NCBI GenBank assembly: GCA_902614055.1
Contig: CACMJX010000001.1
Coordinates: 189,189 to 253,188, forward strand
Source of the DNA: an uncultured Pelagibacteraceae bacterium
GTDB lineage: Bacteria > Pseudomonadota > Alphaproteobacteria > Pelagibacterales > Pelagibacteraceae
Direction of reading: 5' to 3'
DNA: 64,000 nucleotides
Below the pieces are notes generated by a model. It saw only the letters and a program-made list of their open reading frames with translations. It was not told the DNA's origin and did no database searches. A program made the position numbers and the translations under genes. Numbering within the stretch: the first letter of the stretch is position 1; each line of letters begins with the position of its first letter. Positions 9,985-21,589 of the stretch are shown here, piece after piece.

Positions 9985-12380
9985 TAATTGTCAAAAATAG
10001 TATTTGCTGATCCCCTGATATCTGCAAAAGGTATAAATCGTATTAAAAAAAATAAACTTTCGTCTGGAACCAAGCTACCATCTCTAAAAAACTTTTTTTC
10101 GTATTCAAATGAAGCTGATAAGCAATCTGTATTATATTTGTAAGCAAGTTTATAGAACTGTGTAAAATCATCTTTTAGATCTTTTGTAGTACCAAATTTA
10201 AGTGAGTGTTCTTTATTTAATTCTATTTGAGTACTATTTTTTAGTATTTCTGAATTTCCAAGTTCGTGATTTTCGGTAATATAATCAAAAGTTGTAACTA
10301 CCTTGTTACTACCAAATCTAGCACTAATTGCATCATAATTCGAAAAATCTAAATCTCTATCATAGGAAAAATTATAATTTAGCCGTAATTTATCCTCAAA
10401 TTTATAGAATATATCTCCAACAATATCAGATCTTGTTTGACTAAGTTTTGACTTGTTTGGCAAAGCTTCATTTTTTTTATCTTTAAATATATTTCCTATA
10501 TTTAAGCCAAACACTTTTTCATTGCTAAAATTTTGTTTTTCGAATTCTAAACCAAGTGTTATAGATTTACCTTTCTCAACCATATCACTTCTACCTATCC
10601 TATTTGGTGAAAAAATACTGCTATAATCCATTTTTGATCCTGTAGATGAGATATTTTTACCGTTAGTTGGGCTAAATCTTAGCTGAGCAACTGGTTTTAA
10701 AAAATTATTTCCTTCCGAAAGTTTTTTTCTTAATGGAAACTCTGTTTTAAGTAAAAATGTTCCAAAAATTTCATGATCATTTTTACCTTCATATACAGAT
10801 GAGTTTTTTGAATAAGTATTAAAATTTTTTAATAAAAAACTATAATCAGTAACAAGTCCATTTGATGAGAAAAAATCATAGGATTCAAAATTAAAGTCAT
10901 TATTAATCTTAGTTTCGTGAATATTAGTATTATAAACTTTTTGAAAACCTGATGACAAGAACTTGAATTGACCTTTATAATTTTCATCTAAATCAATATT
11001 TTTTTTAAAATTGAAATCTGGAAATATATACTGATACTTATCGCTGTCTGCTTTTGACAAATCTTCATAAATTCTTAAAGCACTGGTAATATTTGTATTC
11101 TCGTCAAATTCTTTGTTAATTCTGAAATGAGAAGTTAATAAACTATCACTATCTATAATTGGTGTATAACTTTTTATATCATGTATTTTTAAATAATTAT
11201 CATTAGTGACATTTTGGACTTTAAGTTCATAATTTGTCTTATCATCAAACTTACCATTTAAATCTGCAAAAAAATGTGAACTTGTATTATTATTATTTCT
11301 ATTTAGACTGAAATCTGTTTTTAGATCTGAACTTTTAAAAGCCTCCCTATATTCAGCATGAATAATTAAATCGTTGTCCGCATAAATTCTTGGCTTAAAT
11401 GTAAGATCTTTTGAATTTGACAGACTGTAAAAGTAAGGAATTGTTATTGATGATCCTAAATTATCTGACCCTTTATAAAAAGGATTCAGAAATCCAGATT
11501 TTCTTTTAACTGAAGGGTCTGGATGATTAAAATATGGCATATAAAAAACCTTTTTATCAAAAACTTTAAGCCAAGACTTTTCATACTCAAATAACTTTTT
11601 AACCTTATTGTGTGTAAATAATTTACTTTGCAACTCCCAACCTCTACAATTTTTATTTTCTTTACTACATGTGCTAAAAGCAGTTTTGTAAATCTTGGTA
11701 CTGTCATTATCAGAGATTACACTTTTCCCTTTTAATATTGGGTCATTTTCACTATTACCAAAAAACGAGTCTTCAAACTCTACTAGTACTTCTTTACCAA
11801 GAATTTCATTGCTATTTAATCTAATTTTACTCTCTTTAAAGAAGTATTTGTTAAGATTTTTATCTGTTACAACAACCTCTTTAGAAAAAATAATTTCAGG
11901 GACCAGTTCAAAAACTAAACCTCTTCTAAATAAAAAACTATTTAAATTTTTATCGTTAACACTTGTATATTTATTACTTGATATTTTATTCAAATTCCTA
12001 TCATAGAGAACATCAATTGAATTTATCTCATAATCATTTTCACTTTTAATAAATGTTTCGTTTTTTGAGAATATTGTGTTGTCTACCTCATTATAAATTA
12101 TTTTGTTGCTTTCAATATACATATTATTTTCATTATCAAAGTATTTGACATCATCTATAACTATTAGTTCAGAATTTATTTTGTCATAAATAAATTTATC
12201 ACCTTCTATAATTAAATTACTCGAGGGTATTTTTGCCTGTCCTTTTGTTGCAAAAATCATATTTCCATTTTCTTCAATTTTTATATTATTTGAGTCGAAG
12301 AGAATAGTTTCTGCTTTCAAGTTTGAGCTTAAAAATATCAGAACAAATGTTATAAAATTTATAAAAAGTTTATTTTTCAT
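9984..12380 (-). CDS. lptD: LPS-assembly outer membrane protein LptD
   Basis: FSTC, PYFNHPDPSVKRKSGFL.P, C-terminal YNTDCL; position in the lptFG-lptD-surA operon. Confidence 0.92.
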   Translation of the reverse strand: MKNKLFINFITFVLIFLSSNLKAETILFDSNNIKIEENGNMIFATKGQAKIPSSNLIIEGDKFIYDKINSELIVIDDVKYFDNENNMYIESNKIIYNEVDNTIFSKNETFIKSENDYEINSIDVLYDRNLNKISSNKYTSVNDKNLNSFLFRRGLVFELVPEIIFSKEVVVTDKNLNKYFFKESKIRLNSNEILGKEVLVEFEDSFFGNSENDPILKGKSVISDNDSTKIYKTAFSTCSKENKNCRGWELQSKLFTHNKVKKLFEYEKSWLKVFDKKVFYMPYFNHPDPSVKRKSGFLNPFYKGSDNLGSSITIPYFYSLSNSKDLTFKPRIYADNDLIIHAEYREAFKSSDLKTDFSLNRNNNNTSSHFFADLNGKFDDKTNYELKVQNVTNDNYLKIHDIKSYTPIIDSDSLLTSHFRINKEFDENTNITSALRIYEDLSKADSDKYQYIFPDFNFKKNIDLDENYKGQFKFLSSGFQKVYNTNIHETKINNDFNFESYDFFSSNGLVTDYSFLLKNFNTYSKNSSVYEGKNDHEIFGTFLLKTEFPLRKKLSEGNNFLKPVAQLRFSPTNGKNISSTGSKMDYSSIFSPNRIGRSDMVEKGKSITLGLEFEKQNFSNEKVFGLNIGNIFKDKKNEALPNKSKLSQTRSDIVGDIFYKFEDKLRLNYNFSYDRDLDFSNYDAISARFGSNKVVTTFDYITENHELGNSEILKNSTQIELNKEHSLKFGTTKDLKDDFTQFYKLAYKYNTDCLSASFEYEKKFFRDGSLVPDESLFFLIRFIPFADIRGSANTIFDN

Positions 12381-13458
12381 TGAGCTTAGTTAGTCCTAAA
12401 GAGCATATTAAAAAAATTAATATTTGAGGTAACCATACCGAAGCTTCTACCGGCAATGTTTCATTTTTTCCAAATATAATTGAAAAATAATTGACATAGT
12501 AAAAAATAACTGAAACTAACACCCCTATTACGATTAAGAAGAATTTTGATTTTACAAAATTTAGTTTAAACATTAGCAAAGCACCTATTATTGTAGTAAG
12601 TGTAAGGTAAAAGGGTATACTATATATTTTGTTAATTTGAAGCTTAACCTCAGTTGCAGAATATCCAATAGCCTCATAGTTTTTTTTTAGTTTATTAAGT
12701 TGCAAAATATTTAATGAATCTAAATTTGAGAATAAATTAGATATTATTTTTCCATTAAAATTGGACATATAATTATAATTTTCTAAGGTTTCACTTTTTT
12801 TGTCTTTTGAGTAAATCTTTACATTAGTAAGTACCCAGTTTTTTCGTATTATATTTGCTTTGTCTGAGATAATAGTATTTGTTAATTTATAATTCTTATC
12901 TAGCTCGATTATTTCAACATTTTCTAAATTGTTTAATTTATAAGTTTTAGCGTTTATTATAAAAATTTTCGTACCACTTTTATTTTTTTCCTTAATCCAC
13001 AAACCATCCTCATTTACAACTGCTAAATGATCTCCATCATTTGAGTATTTATATTTCATACTCAAGTATAAACTTTTTAAATTTGCAGAAAATGAATAGT
13101 AAACAAAAATCAGCAATACTCCAACGAACAAAGAAACTATCGAAATTATAAAAGTAATTTTGAAATTATTTACACCATTACTTCGAAGTAACTCAATTTC
13201 TTCATTTTCATAAAGATTAATAAAAAAGAACATGACACCTAATAAAAATATAAAAGGGAGAATTTCAAATATAATCGAGGGTACGTTCAATATAGTTAAA
13301 ATTATTGGATAATATAGCTCATTCTCTTTATCCTCAAAATATTTAATTTCTTCAAAAATGTTTAAAAAAAAACTTAAGAAAACAAATACTATAAGAATTA
13401 TTAAAATATTTTTTAAGAAAAGTTTCGTCAAATAATTTTCATAACGTTTTAATATCAT
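12370..13458 (-). CDS. lptG: LPS export ABC permease LptG
   Basis: YjgP/YjgQ topology, ENEEIELLRSNG, WLP near the C-terminus; second gene of the pair. Confidence 0.85.
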   Translation of the reverse strand: MILKRYENYLTKLFLKNILIILIVFVFLSFFLNIFEEIKYFEDKENELYYPIILTILNVPSIIFEILPFIFLLGVMFFFINLYENEEIELLRSNGVNNFKITFIISIVSLFVGVLLIFVYYSFSANLKSLYLSMKYKYSNDGDHLAVVNEDGLWIKEKNKSGTKIFIINAKTYKLNNLENVEIIELDKNYKLTNTIISDKANIIRKNWVLTNVKIYSKDKKSETLENYNYMSNFNGKIISNLFSNLDSLNILQLNKLKKNYEAIGYSATEVKLQINKIYSIPFYLTLTTIIGALLMFKLNFVKSKFFLIVIGVLVSVIFYYVNYFSIIFGKNETLPVEASVWLPQILIFLICSLGLTKLNEK

Positions 13459-14603
13459 AGATAATTTAATTTAAATTTAGTAAAAATAAGTAATAAAATA
13501 TAATATAAAATTACTAATATTATTGGTAAAAATAATATTAAATATAAAATATTCATAGAATTTAAAAAAAATTTTAAACTAAGCTGTGATAAAATAATTA
13601 CAGAAATTCCTATTAAAAAAAGATTTAGTTTATGAAACTTCATAAAATATTTTGATCTCGGCTCAATAACTAAACTTGAAGCTATAAGAGAAATTATAAG
13701 GGTATAAAATGGAAGCACAGATCTTTTATATAATTCCTCGCTCAAGGACTTAACTGTTCTGCCATTACATGTTTCACTATCTGGTTTATTTATTCTTTCA
13801 TCTTTATTGAATTTTTTATTTTGAAAAATTTCTTTAAGACATAAAAACATTTGTATTGAATCTAATTCTTGAACTTTAGTACGTGTAATTGTTTTTGTTG
13901 AAAATTCTGATAAATCATAGTCAGTTTCAGAAAAGTTTAAAGTGAAAGCGTTATCTTTATTGATATTTGTTATTCCACCATTGAATAATCTTAAAATATA
14001 TTTATTGTCTTTTTTTATAATTCTACCATTTTCAGCAACAATGATCTTTGATTTATTTGAGTCAATATTTTCATTAATATAAACTTTATTAAGTTTTCCA
14101 TCTTTTTTATATTCTTCTACAAAAATTGTAAGATTTTTCATAACATTTATAAATTTTTTTTCTGAGATTAATTTAGGTAAAAAATCTATATTAGACTCTT
14201 TTATATAAAGTCTTCCTAAGTTTTGGGATTTTGGAACAATAAATAAATTTAAAGTTAACTGTATAATTAAAAATAGTAATGAAAACATTAATATAAAATT
14301 TATAAACTTGATTTTTTGAATTCCATTATTCCAGAATACAAGTAATTCATTGGAGTTATTGTATTTATTAATCACATAAAAAATTGATATAAAAAATACA
14401 AAAACTATAATTTTACTAAATATCTTTGGTAAATTTAGTGAAACATAGTAAAAATAAATTTTTAAACTATGCCCATCATCAGACACCAGGTCTAAAAGGT
14501 TGACAGCCTGAATTATCCATACGATAAAAGTAATACTAAAAGACGCTATTAAAAAGAAATTAAGAATATCGAGAGAAAATTTACGAAATATTAATTTATT
14601 CAT
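13455..14603 (-). CDS. lptF: LPS export ABC permease LptF
   Basis: YjgP/YjgQ family, SNELLVFWNNG; divergent from pepA as is conserved. Confidence 0.85.
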   Translation of the reverse strand: MNKLIFRKFSLDILNFFLIASFSITFIVWIIQAVNLLDLVSDDGHSLKIYFYYVSLNLPKIFSKIIVFVFFISIFYVINKYNNSNELLVFWNNGIQKIKFINFILMFSLLFLIIQLTLNLFIVPKSQNLGRLYIKESNIDFLPKLISEKKFINVMKNLTIFVEEYKKDGKLNKVYINENIDSNKSKIIVAENGRIIKKDNKYILRLFNGGITNINKDNAFTLNFSETDYDLSEFSTKTITRTKVQELDSIQMFLCLKEIFQNKKFNKDERINKPDSETCNGRTVKSLSEELYKRSVLPFYTLIISLIASSLVIEPRSKYFMKFHKLNLFLIGISVIILSQLSLKFFLNSMNILYLILFLPIILVILYYILLLIFTKFKLNYL

Positions 14604-14660
14604 TGAAATTTATGTTTTTATAAATATACAACATTATCTGATAAATATTTCAAAAAAATA

Positions 14661-16094
14661 ATGCTAAATTTAAATTTTGTTAACAAAGTCCCAAAAATCG
14701 CAAAGGATAATGAGATTATTCTTCTAACTCAAAAAGTTAAAAAAAGTAAAGAGATTAAAGAATTAACAAAATCAGTCTTTTCAAATAAACTTTTCTTAGA
14801 ACAAAATTTCCTTATGAAAGATTATAATAACAAAAGTTACATTTTAGTAAATTGCACGAAGTCAAAAGTTTCATTAGATTTTGAAAAACTTGGTTCGAAA
14901 CTATTTGTTTTTTTAAAGGAAAATAAAAAAGAGCATTCATTTATAAACGTAGAAAATAATTTTTTCACTAATGCACAATTAGAAAAGTTTCTTCATGGAG
15001 CACAGCTTAAGTCTTATAATTTTAATCTTTATAAAACAGATAAGAAAAAAAAAGATAATATAAATTTAAGCGTTGTTGGCAGTAATATTAAACAAAAAAA
15101 TATATTAAGAAATAAATTAAATGCTCTTTTGGAAGGAGTTTTTCTTACTAGAGATTTAGTATCTGAACCTGGAAATATTTTGCACCCAGATGAATACGCA
15201 AAGAGAATCATTAAATTAAGAAAGTTTGGATTGAAAGTTACAATTTATGACCAAAAGAGATTAAAAAAATTAGGTTTTAACGCATTGCTCGGTGTCGGAC
15301 AAGGAAGTATCAGAGGTTCTTATATGGCAACTATTGAGTGGAATGGAAATAAAAATAAATCAAAACCTTTAGCCTTCGTTGGTAAAGGTGTTTGTTTTGA
15401 TACTGGTGGGATTTCACTCAAACCTGCAAAATTTATGGAAGATATGACATATGATATGGCGGGTTCAGCAACAGTAGTAGGTCTTATGAAAACTTTAGCT
15501 TTAAGAAAATCTAAAATTAATGCAGTTGGGGTTGTTGGATTAGTTGAAAATATGCCTGGAGCAAATGCACAAAGACCTGGAGATATAGTAAAATCTTACA
15601 GCGGACAAACAATCGAAGTTTTAAATACAGATGCTGAGGGAAGACTAGTTTTAGCAGATGCACTTACATATACTGAGGAGAAATTTAAGCCAAGTCTAAT
15701 TATTGACTTAGCGACATTAACTGGAGCAATAATTGTAGCGCTTGGATCTGAATACGCTGGTCTATGGTCAAATAATAAAAAATTGTCGAAACAACTTTTT
15801 GATGCTGGTGAAAAAGTTGAGGAAAAGGTGTGGGAAATGCCTCTTCACGAAAATTATAATAAGTTAATGAATTCAAATAATGCTGACATGCAAAATATCA
15901 ATTATGTTGGAGGAGCTGGGTCTACAACCGCAGCACAATTTTTACAAAGATTTATAATTAATAAAACACCCTGGGCACATTTAGATATTGCTGGAATGGC
16001 TTTTTCTAAATATGCTGGAGCACTGAATTCTGGAGGTGCGACTGGATATGGAGTTAGGTTACTAAATAAATTTATAGAGGAGAATTATGAGTAA
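14661..16094 (+). CDS. pepA: Leucyl aminopeptidase (M17)
   Basis: VGKGVCFDTGG, DMAG, NTDAEGRLVLAD, WAHLDIAG. Confidence 0.98.
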   Translation: MLNLNFVNKVPKIAKDNEIILLTQKVKKSKEIKELTKSVFSNKLFLEQNFLMKDYNNKSYILVNCTKSKVSLDFEKLGSKLFVFLKENKKEHSFINVENNFFTNAQLEKFLHGAQLKSYNFNLYKTDKKKKDNINLSVVGSNIKQKNILRNKLNALLEGVFLTRDLVSEPGNILHPDEYAKRIIKLRKFGLKVTIYDQKRLKKLGFNALLGVGQGSIRGSYMATIEWNGNKNKSKPLAFVGKGVCFDTGGISLKPAKFMEDMTYDMAGSATVVGLMKTLALRKSKINAVGVVGLVENMPGANAQRPGDIVKSYSGQTIEVLNTDAEGRLVLADALTYTEEKFKPSLIIDLATLTGAIIVALGSEYAGLWSNNKKLSKQLFDAGEKVEEKVWEMPLHENYNKLMNSNNADMQNINYVGGAGSTTAAQFLQRFIINKTPWAHLDIAGMAFSKYAGALNSGGATGYGVRLLNKFIEENYE

Positions 16095-16497
16095 TATTGA
16101 ACAAACTTTATCAATAATTAAGCCAGATGCTGTTGAAAGAAATTTGCAAGATCAGATTAAAAATGAATTTAGAAATAATGGATTTGAAATTTTAAAGGAA
16201 AAAAAAATTCATATTTCTAAAGAAGAAGCTGAAAAGTTTTATAAAGTTCATGAGTCTAAACCATTTTATAATGATTTATGTGCTTACTTATCTTCTGGAC
16301 CAATTGTTGTAATGAGTCTTCAAAAAGATAACGCAGTTTTAGAAAATAGAAAATTAATGGGAGCGACTAACCCTAAAGATGCAGAAGAAGGAACAATTCG
16401 AAAAAAATATGGTATCTCAATTGATAAAAATTCTGTTCATGGATCAGATAGTGTTGAAAACGCAAATAAAGAGTTAGATTTTTTTTTTAAAGATTAG
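16087..16497 (+). CDS. ndk: Nucleoside-diphosphate kinase
   Basis: TLSIIKPDAV, SGP, NSVHGSDS. Confidence 0.98.
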   Translation: MSNIEQTLSIIKPDAVERNLQDQIKNEFRNNGFEILKEKKIHISKEEAEKFYKVHESKPFYNDLCAYLSSGPIVVMSLQKDNAVLENRKLMGATNPKDAEEGTIRKKYGISIDKNSVHGSDSVENANKELDFFFKD

Positions 16498-17059
16498 TTA
16501 AAAACTTATCAACAGCTTTTGGATAAATCTCATGTTCAATTTTAAGTACTTTCTTTTCCAAACTTCTTACATCATCTGATTTAAGGATTTTTACCTTCTT
16601 TTGTAGAATAACTTTACCTGAATCTAATTTTTCTGTTACTTTATGAATTGATGCTCCTGCAAATCGATCCTTATTTTTAATTGCTCTCTCATGTGTATTT
16701 AATCCTTTATACTTAGGCAAAAGCGATGGATGAATATTTAATATTGGCTTAGAAAATTTTTTTATGAAATTACCTGATAAGATTTTCATAAATCCAGCCA
16801 AACAAACTAAATCTATATTATATTTCTTTAGTAATTTAAGTGATTTATTTTCAAAATTTGATTTATTTTTAATTCCATAAATCTTTATTTTAGATCTAGA
16901 TGCATATTTTAGTCCCTCAGCATCTTCATTGTTTGAAATAACTAATATTATTTTAATTAAAGAATTTTTTTTTTTTGAGTGTTTTATTAAAGATTTTAAG
17001 TTACTACCTCTACCACTAATAAACACAGCAGTATTTTTTTTACCAGGATATTGTTCCAC
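16487..17059 (-). CDS. purN: Phosphoribosylglycinamide formyltransferase
   Basis: ISGRGSNL, LAGFMKIL, NIHPSLLP. Confidence 0.97.
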   Translation of the reverse strand: MEQYPGKKNTAVFISGRGSNLKSLIKHSKKKNSLIKIILVISNNEDAEGLKYASRSKIKIYGIKNKSNFENKSLKLLKKYNIDLVCLAGFMKILSGNFIKKFSKPILNIHPSLLPKYKGLNTHERAIKNKDRFAGASIHKVTEKLDSGKVILQKKVKILKSDDVRSLEKKVLKIEHEIYPKAVDKFLTNL

Positions 17060-18062
17060 TTAATTTTACTCTTTTTGAACTTTTAACTATTTTTCCAATT
17101 ATATAGGGTTTAAATTTTTTTCCAAAATATTTATTGACTGAATTTAAATTTCTAGGATTTGTAACTAAACAAAAACCTACACCACAATTAAAGGTCTTTA
17201 ACATTTCTTTCTCACTTACACCCATTTTATGTAACCATGTAAAAATTTTTAATGTTTTGACTTTATTCAGATCTATTTTAGCACATAAATTTTTTGGTAT
17301 TATTCTTTGAATATTATCCACTAAGCCTCCACCAGTTATGTTTGCACATCCATTTATTAAATTTTTTTCATTAATAAGAGATAATTCTTTTACATAAATT
17401 TTAGTTGGTTTAATTAATTCGTCTTTGAGAAATTTGCTTATTTTAAAATTTATTTTTTTTTTTTTTAAGAGATATCTCACTAAGGAATAACCGTTAGAGT
17501 GAAGTCCATTAGAAGGCACAGCTAAAATAATATCATTATTTCTAATTTTTTTATTGAGTATTTTTTTCTTTTCAACAAGACCAACAGCAAAACCCGCTAT
17601 ATCAAATTTCCCTTTAGTATAGGTTCCTGGCATTTCAGCTGTCTCCCCACCAACTAATTTGCAGCCCGCAATATCGCATCCTTTAATAATACCTTTAACT
17701 AAGTCTTTTAATTTACTTAAATTAATTTTGCTAATCGAAATGTAATCTAAGAACAAATAAGGTTTCGCTCCTTGAACGATCAAATCATTTACACACATCG
17801 CAACAAGATCTATTCCAATTGTATCAAATTTATTTAGATCATTTGCAATTTCAATTTTTGTTCCAACTCCATCAGTACTAGTAACAATGTGAGGGTCTTT
17901 AAGTTGTCTGGGTATTGGAGAGATTGCTCCAAAGCCTCCTATATTCTTAAAATCACCACTTTTACTTGATTTTCTTGCTAACGAACTTATGAATTTAACA
18001 AAACTATCTGCTTTTGGAATATTAACTCCACTCTTACTGTATGTTAATTTATTTGATGCCAT
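17040..18062 (-). CDS. purM: AIR synthetase
   Basis: TDGVGTK, DLVAMCVND, GGETAEMP, GLHSNGYS. Confidence 0.98.
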   Translation of the reverse strand: MASNKLTYSKSGVNIPKADSFVKFISSLARKSSKSGDFKNIGGFGAISPIPRQLKDPHIVTSTDGVGTKIEIANDLNKFDTIGIDLVAMCVNDLIVQGAKPYLFLDYISISKINLSKLKDLVKGIIKGCDIAGCKLVGGETAEMPGTYTKGKFDIAGFAVGLVEKKKILNKKIRNNDIILAVPSNGLHSNGYSLVRYLLKKKKINFKISKFLKDELIKPTKIYVKELSLINEKNLINGCANITGGGLVDNIQRIIPKNLCAKIDLNKVKTLKIFTWLHKMGVSEKEMLKTFNCGVGFCLVTNPRNLNSVNKYFGKKFKPYIIGKIVKSSKRVKLSGTISW

Positions 18063-18073
18063 ATAACAAAGTT

Positions 18074-19150
18074 ATGTATTTTTTTAAAAAAAATATATCA
18101 AGTTGTTTATATATTTTTTTCATATTTTTAACCTTTAATTTTATAGAGTTTTCCACAAAACAGGTACTTGCTAAAACTTTTGTTGTTTCAAAAATTGAAG
18201 TTGAGGAAAAATATAATCTTAATTTTAATAAACTTAAAGTTATTGATAGAGGCTTTAAAAAAGCATTTGAAGATATCTCTCAAATGATTCTTGAGAGAAA
18301 AGATCTCGATAAAATTAAAAACACGCCAATAAATGATATTAAAAAATTAATTGAAAATTTTTCAATACTGGATGAAAAATTTATAAATCAAAAATATAAA
18401 AGTATTATGGAAGTAGAATTTAATAGAAAAAAATTAATTAAATTCTTAGATTCTAAAAATATAACTATTTCATTACCTAAAAAAATAGATGTTTTTTTAA
18501 TACCAGTTCTAGTTGATTTAGAAACAAATAATTTGAACTATTTAAGTGAAAACATTTTTGCAAAGAATTGGCAAAGTATCCAAAAAAATCATTTTCAAAT
18601 TACTTATATTATGCCAAACGAGGATGTAGAAGACTATTTAAGTATAAAAAAAAACTTACAAGATATTGAAAATTATGATTTCAAAGAAATATTGAACAAA
18701 TATTTTTCTGAAAATTTTATAATAATGATAATTTTTAAAAGAAAAAATAATATTAAATTTTATTCAAAAATTAATTTTGATGATAAATTTGAAATATTAA
18801 GTAAAAATTTTAAAGATAAAAATATAAAAAATCAAATAGAATTAAATTCAATGATACTTAATATTAAAAACGAATACGAAGATAATTGGAAATCTATTAA
18901 TAAAATGAGTCCATCTACATCTGTTCCTATCCGATTATCAGTAGAGTCAAATAATACAGAAAAATCATTAAAATTAGAAAAAGCTTTAGGTAATTTAGAT
19001 TTTGTTAATAGCTATAATATTGAGAAGTTTGATAGTAAAATGATTGTATATAAAGTTAATTACGGCAGTAGCCCAAAAAGATTTTTAAAAGATATTATGT
19101 CTTATGGGATTAATATTGACACTTCTTCGACTAACTGGAAAATAGAATGA
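18074..19150 (+). CDS. Exported hypothetical protein (DUF2066-like by position)
   Basis: N-terminal hydrophobic/signal segment; conserved alphaproteobacterial slot between purM and hda; start moved to ATG 18074 to avoid overlap with purM. Confidence 0.6.
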   Translation: MYFFKKNISSCLYIFFIFLTFNFIEFSTKQVLAKTFVVSKIEVEEKYNLNFNKLKVIDRGFKKAFEDISQMILERKDLDKIKNTPINDIKKLIENFSILDEKFINQKYKSIMEVEFNRKKLIKFLDSKNITISLPKKIDVFLIPVLVDLETNNLNYLSENIFAKNWQSIQKNHFQITYIMPNEDVEDYLSIKKNLQDIENYDFKEILNKYFSENFIIMIIFKRKNNIKFYSKINFDDKFEILSKNFKDKNIKNQIELNSMILNIKNEYEDNWKSINKMSPSTSVPIRLSVESNNTEKSLKLEKALGNLDFVNSYNIEKFDSKMIVYKVNYGSSPKRFLKDIMSYGINIDTSSTNWKIE

Positions 19151-19803
19151 GTGAATTAAATCAATTACTTCTAGACTTTGATTATAAAACTAATTTTAAT
19201 GAACATGATTTTTATTTATCGAAAAGTAATTCTAATGCATTTAATTTGATTAATAGATGGCCTGACTGGGATAAAAAAATATTAAATATATCAGGTGAAA
19301 AATTCTCTGGAAAAAGTCACCTAGCAAATATCTTTAAATTAAAATCTAAAGCATTTTTAGTTAAGGGAAATAAGATCGATAATTCAATTTTTAAAAGTAT
19401 TAAATTACATGAAAGTATAATTGTTGATGATTTTGAAGAATGTAATCAGGAGGAAATACTTTATTCAATTTTTAATCTAATAGATCAGGACAGTAAGTAT
19501 ATGTTAATAAATTCATTAAAACCAATAAACGAAATTAAATACAGACTTCCTGATTTAACCTCAAGATCAAAAAATTGTCTTTACGCTGAAATTGAAAATC
19601 CAGATGATGAATTACTTTTTGCTATAATTTTAAAGAATTTTTCAGATCGCCAGATTAAAATCGAAAAAAAAATAATAAATTTCATAATTGGTAGAATTGA
19701 CAGATCTTATAGAAAAATCGATGAATTTATATATAAGATTGACGAGTTAAGTTTAAAAAAAAAAAAACCAATTAATTTTAAAACTATAAAAGAAATTTTG
19801 TAA
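19147..19803 (+). CDS. hda: Hda/DnaA ATPase-domain protein
   Basis: QLLLDF clamp-binding-like N-terminus, [23 protein letters not shown]. Confidence 0.85.
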   Translation: MSELNQLLLDFDYKTNFNEHDFYLSKSNSNAFNLINRWPDWDKKILNISGEKFSGKSHLANIFKLKSKAFLVKGNKIDNSIFKSIKLHESIIVDDFEECNQEEILYSIFNLIDQDSKYMLINSLKPINEIKYRLPDLTSRSKNCLYAEIENPDDELLFAIILKNFSDRQIKIEKKIINFIIGRIDRSYRKIDEFIYKIDELSLKKKKPINFKTIKEIL

Positions 19804-19804
19804 A

Positions 19805-21589
19805 TTGAATAAATATAGAACTCATACCTGCGGGGAATTAACCAAGTCACATAAAGAAATGGAAATTTCTTTATCTGGTTGGATTAACAAAAAAAGAGAC
19901 CATGGAAATCTTTTATTTATAGACTTAAGAGATAATTTTGGAATTACTCAATGCGTTATAGACAAAAGTAATGAAATTTTTAAGAAAATTGAAAAACTTT
20001 CTTTGGAAACAGTAATTAAAATTACGGGAATGGTTATTGAGAGATCAAATGAAACAATAAATAAAAATATTTCTACTGGCGAAATAGAAGTCAAAATTAA
20101 TAATATTGATATTCTTGGGGAAACTAAAGAATTACCAATGCCAGTTTTTTCAGATCAAGAATATGCTGAGGAAATAAGACTAAAGTATAGATTTTTAGAT
20201 TTAAGACGCAAAAAAATACATCAAAATATTATCTTAAGATCAAAAGTAATCTCATTTATTAGAAATGAGATGCAAAAACTTGGTTTCTTAGAATTCCAAA
20301 CTCCTATTTTAACTTCATCTAGCCCAGAAGGAGCAAGAGATTTTCTTGTACCTAGTAGATTAAATCCTGGAAAATTTTATGCTTTACCACAAGCTCCTCA
20401 ACAATTTAAGCAACTAATAATGGTTTCTGGGTTTGACAAATATTTTCAAATAGCACCTTGTTTCAGAGATGAAGATGCCAGAGCAGATAGAAGTCCAGGA
20501 GAATTTTATCAATTAGACGTTGAAATGTCTTTTGTTGAACAAGAGGATGTCTTTGGAGTAATTGAAACTTTATTTTTAAAATTATTTAAAACATTCAGCA
20601 ATAAGAAAATTCTTCATAAAAAGTTTCCAAGGATTACCTATGAGGATGCAATGCTGAAATATGGTTCAGATAAACCAGATTTAAGAAATCCTTTAGAAAT
20701 TTCAGATTTAACAATTATTTTTGAAAGAGAAGATGTGAAATTTGATATTTTTAAAAAACTGGTAAAAAATGGCTCATTAGTTAGGGCAATAGTTACCAAA
20801 AATACAAAGGATAAACCAAGAAGTTTCTTTGATGGTGTTGATAGATGGGCAAAAGAGCAAGGTTCTTCTGGTCTAGCTTATTTTTCATTAGAAAAAGATG
20901 ATAAAACTTATGCAAAAGGACCAATTGGAAAATTTTTTTCAGAGAACGCTTTATTAGAAATCATGAAACTAACAAATGCGAATATAGGTGATACAGTATT
21001 TTTTTCTTGTGGAAAAAAAAATGACGTAGAAAAAATATTAAGTGTTGCGAGAAATAAAATAGCTGAAGATTTAGATTTAATTGATAATGAAATATTCTCA
21101 TTTTGTTGGATTATTGACTATCCAATGTATGAGATTGATGAAAATACTAAAAAATTAAAATTTAGTCATAATCCATTCTCAATGCCTCAAGGTGAAATAA
21201 ATAAATTAGATTTATCTAATCCTTTAAATATTAAAGCCTATCAGTATGATATTGTTTGCAATGGAATTGAGTTATCATCAGGTGCAATTAGAAACCATGT
21301 TCCTGAATTAATGTATAAATTATTTGAAATTGCCGGGTATTCAAAAAATGATGTTAATAGTAAATTTAGTGGAATGATAAATGCTTTAAGCTATGGAGCT
21401 CCACCTCATGGAGGTATAGCGCCAGGTATTGATAGGATTGTAATGCTTTTAGCGAATGAAAAAAATATTAGAGAGATTACTATGTTTCCAATGAATCAAA
21501 ATGCTCAAGATTTAATGATGAATGCACCATCTGAAATTTCTGAGTATCAATTAAAAGAGCTGAATTTGTTATTAAAAAAGAAAAGTTAA
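19805..21589 (+). CDS. aspS: Aspartate-tRNA ligase (probably non-discriminating)
   Basis: [36 protein letters not shown]; TTG start. Confidence 0.98.
   Translation: MNKYRTHTCGELTKSHKEMEISLSGWINKKRDHGNLLFIDLRDNFGITQCVIDKSNEIFKKIEKLSLETVIKITGMVIERSNETINKNISTGEIEVKINNIDILGETKELPMPVFSDQEYAEEIRLKYRFLDLRRKKIHQNIILRSKVISFIRNEMQKLGFLEFQTPILTSSSPEGARDFLVPSRLNPGKFYALPQAPQQFKQLIMVSGFDKYFQIAPCFRDEDARADRSPGEFYQLDVEMSFVEQEDVFGVIETLFLKLFKTFSNKKILHKKFPRITYEDAMLKYGSDKPDLRNPLEISDLTIIFEREDVKFDIFKKLVKNGSLVRAIVTKNTKDKPRSFFDGVDRWAKEQGSSGLAYFSLEKDDKTYAKGPIGKFFSENALLEIMKLTNANIGDTVFFSCGKKNDVEKILSVARNKIAEDLDLIDNEIFSFCWIIDYPMYEIDENTKKLKFSHNPFSMPQGEINKLDLSNPLNIKAYQYDIVCNGIELSSGAIRNHVPELMYKLFEIAGYSKNDVNSKFSGMINALSYGAPPHGGIAPGIDRIVMLLANEKNIREITMFPMNQNAQDLMMNAPSEISEYQLKELNLLLKKKS

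Noticed and set aside
17453-17466. 14-nt homopolymer in purM (and similar A/T runs) as a phase-variation tract
   Set aside because: It encodes an in-frame Lys run in a housekeeping gene, as expected at this AT content.
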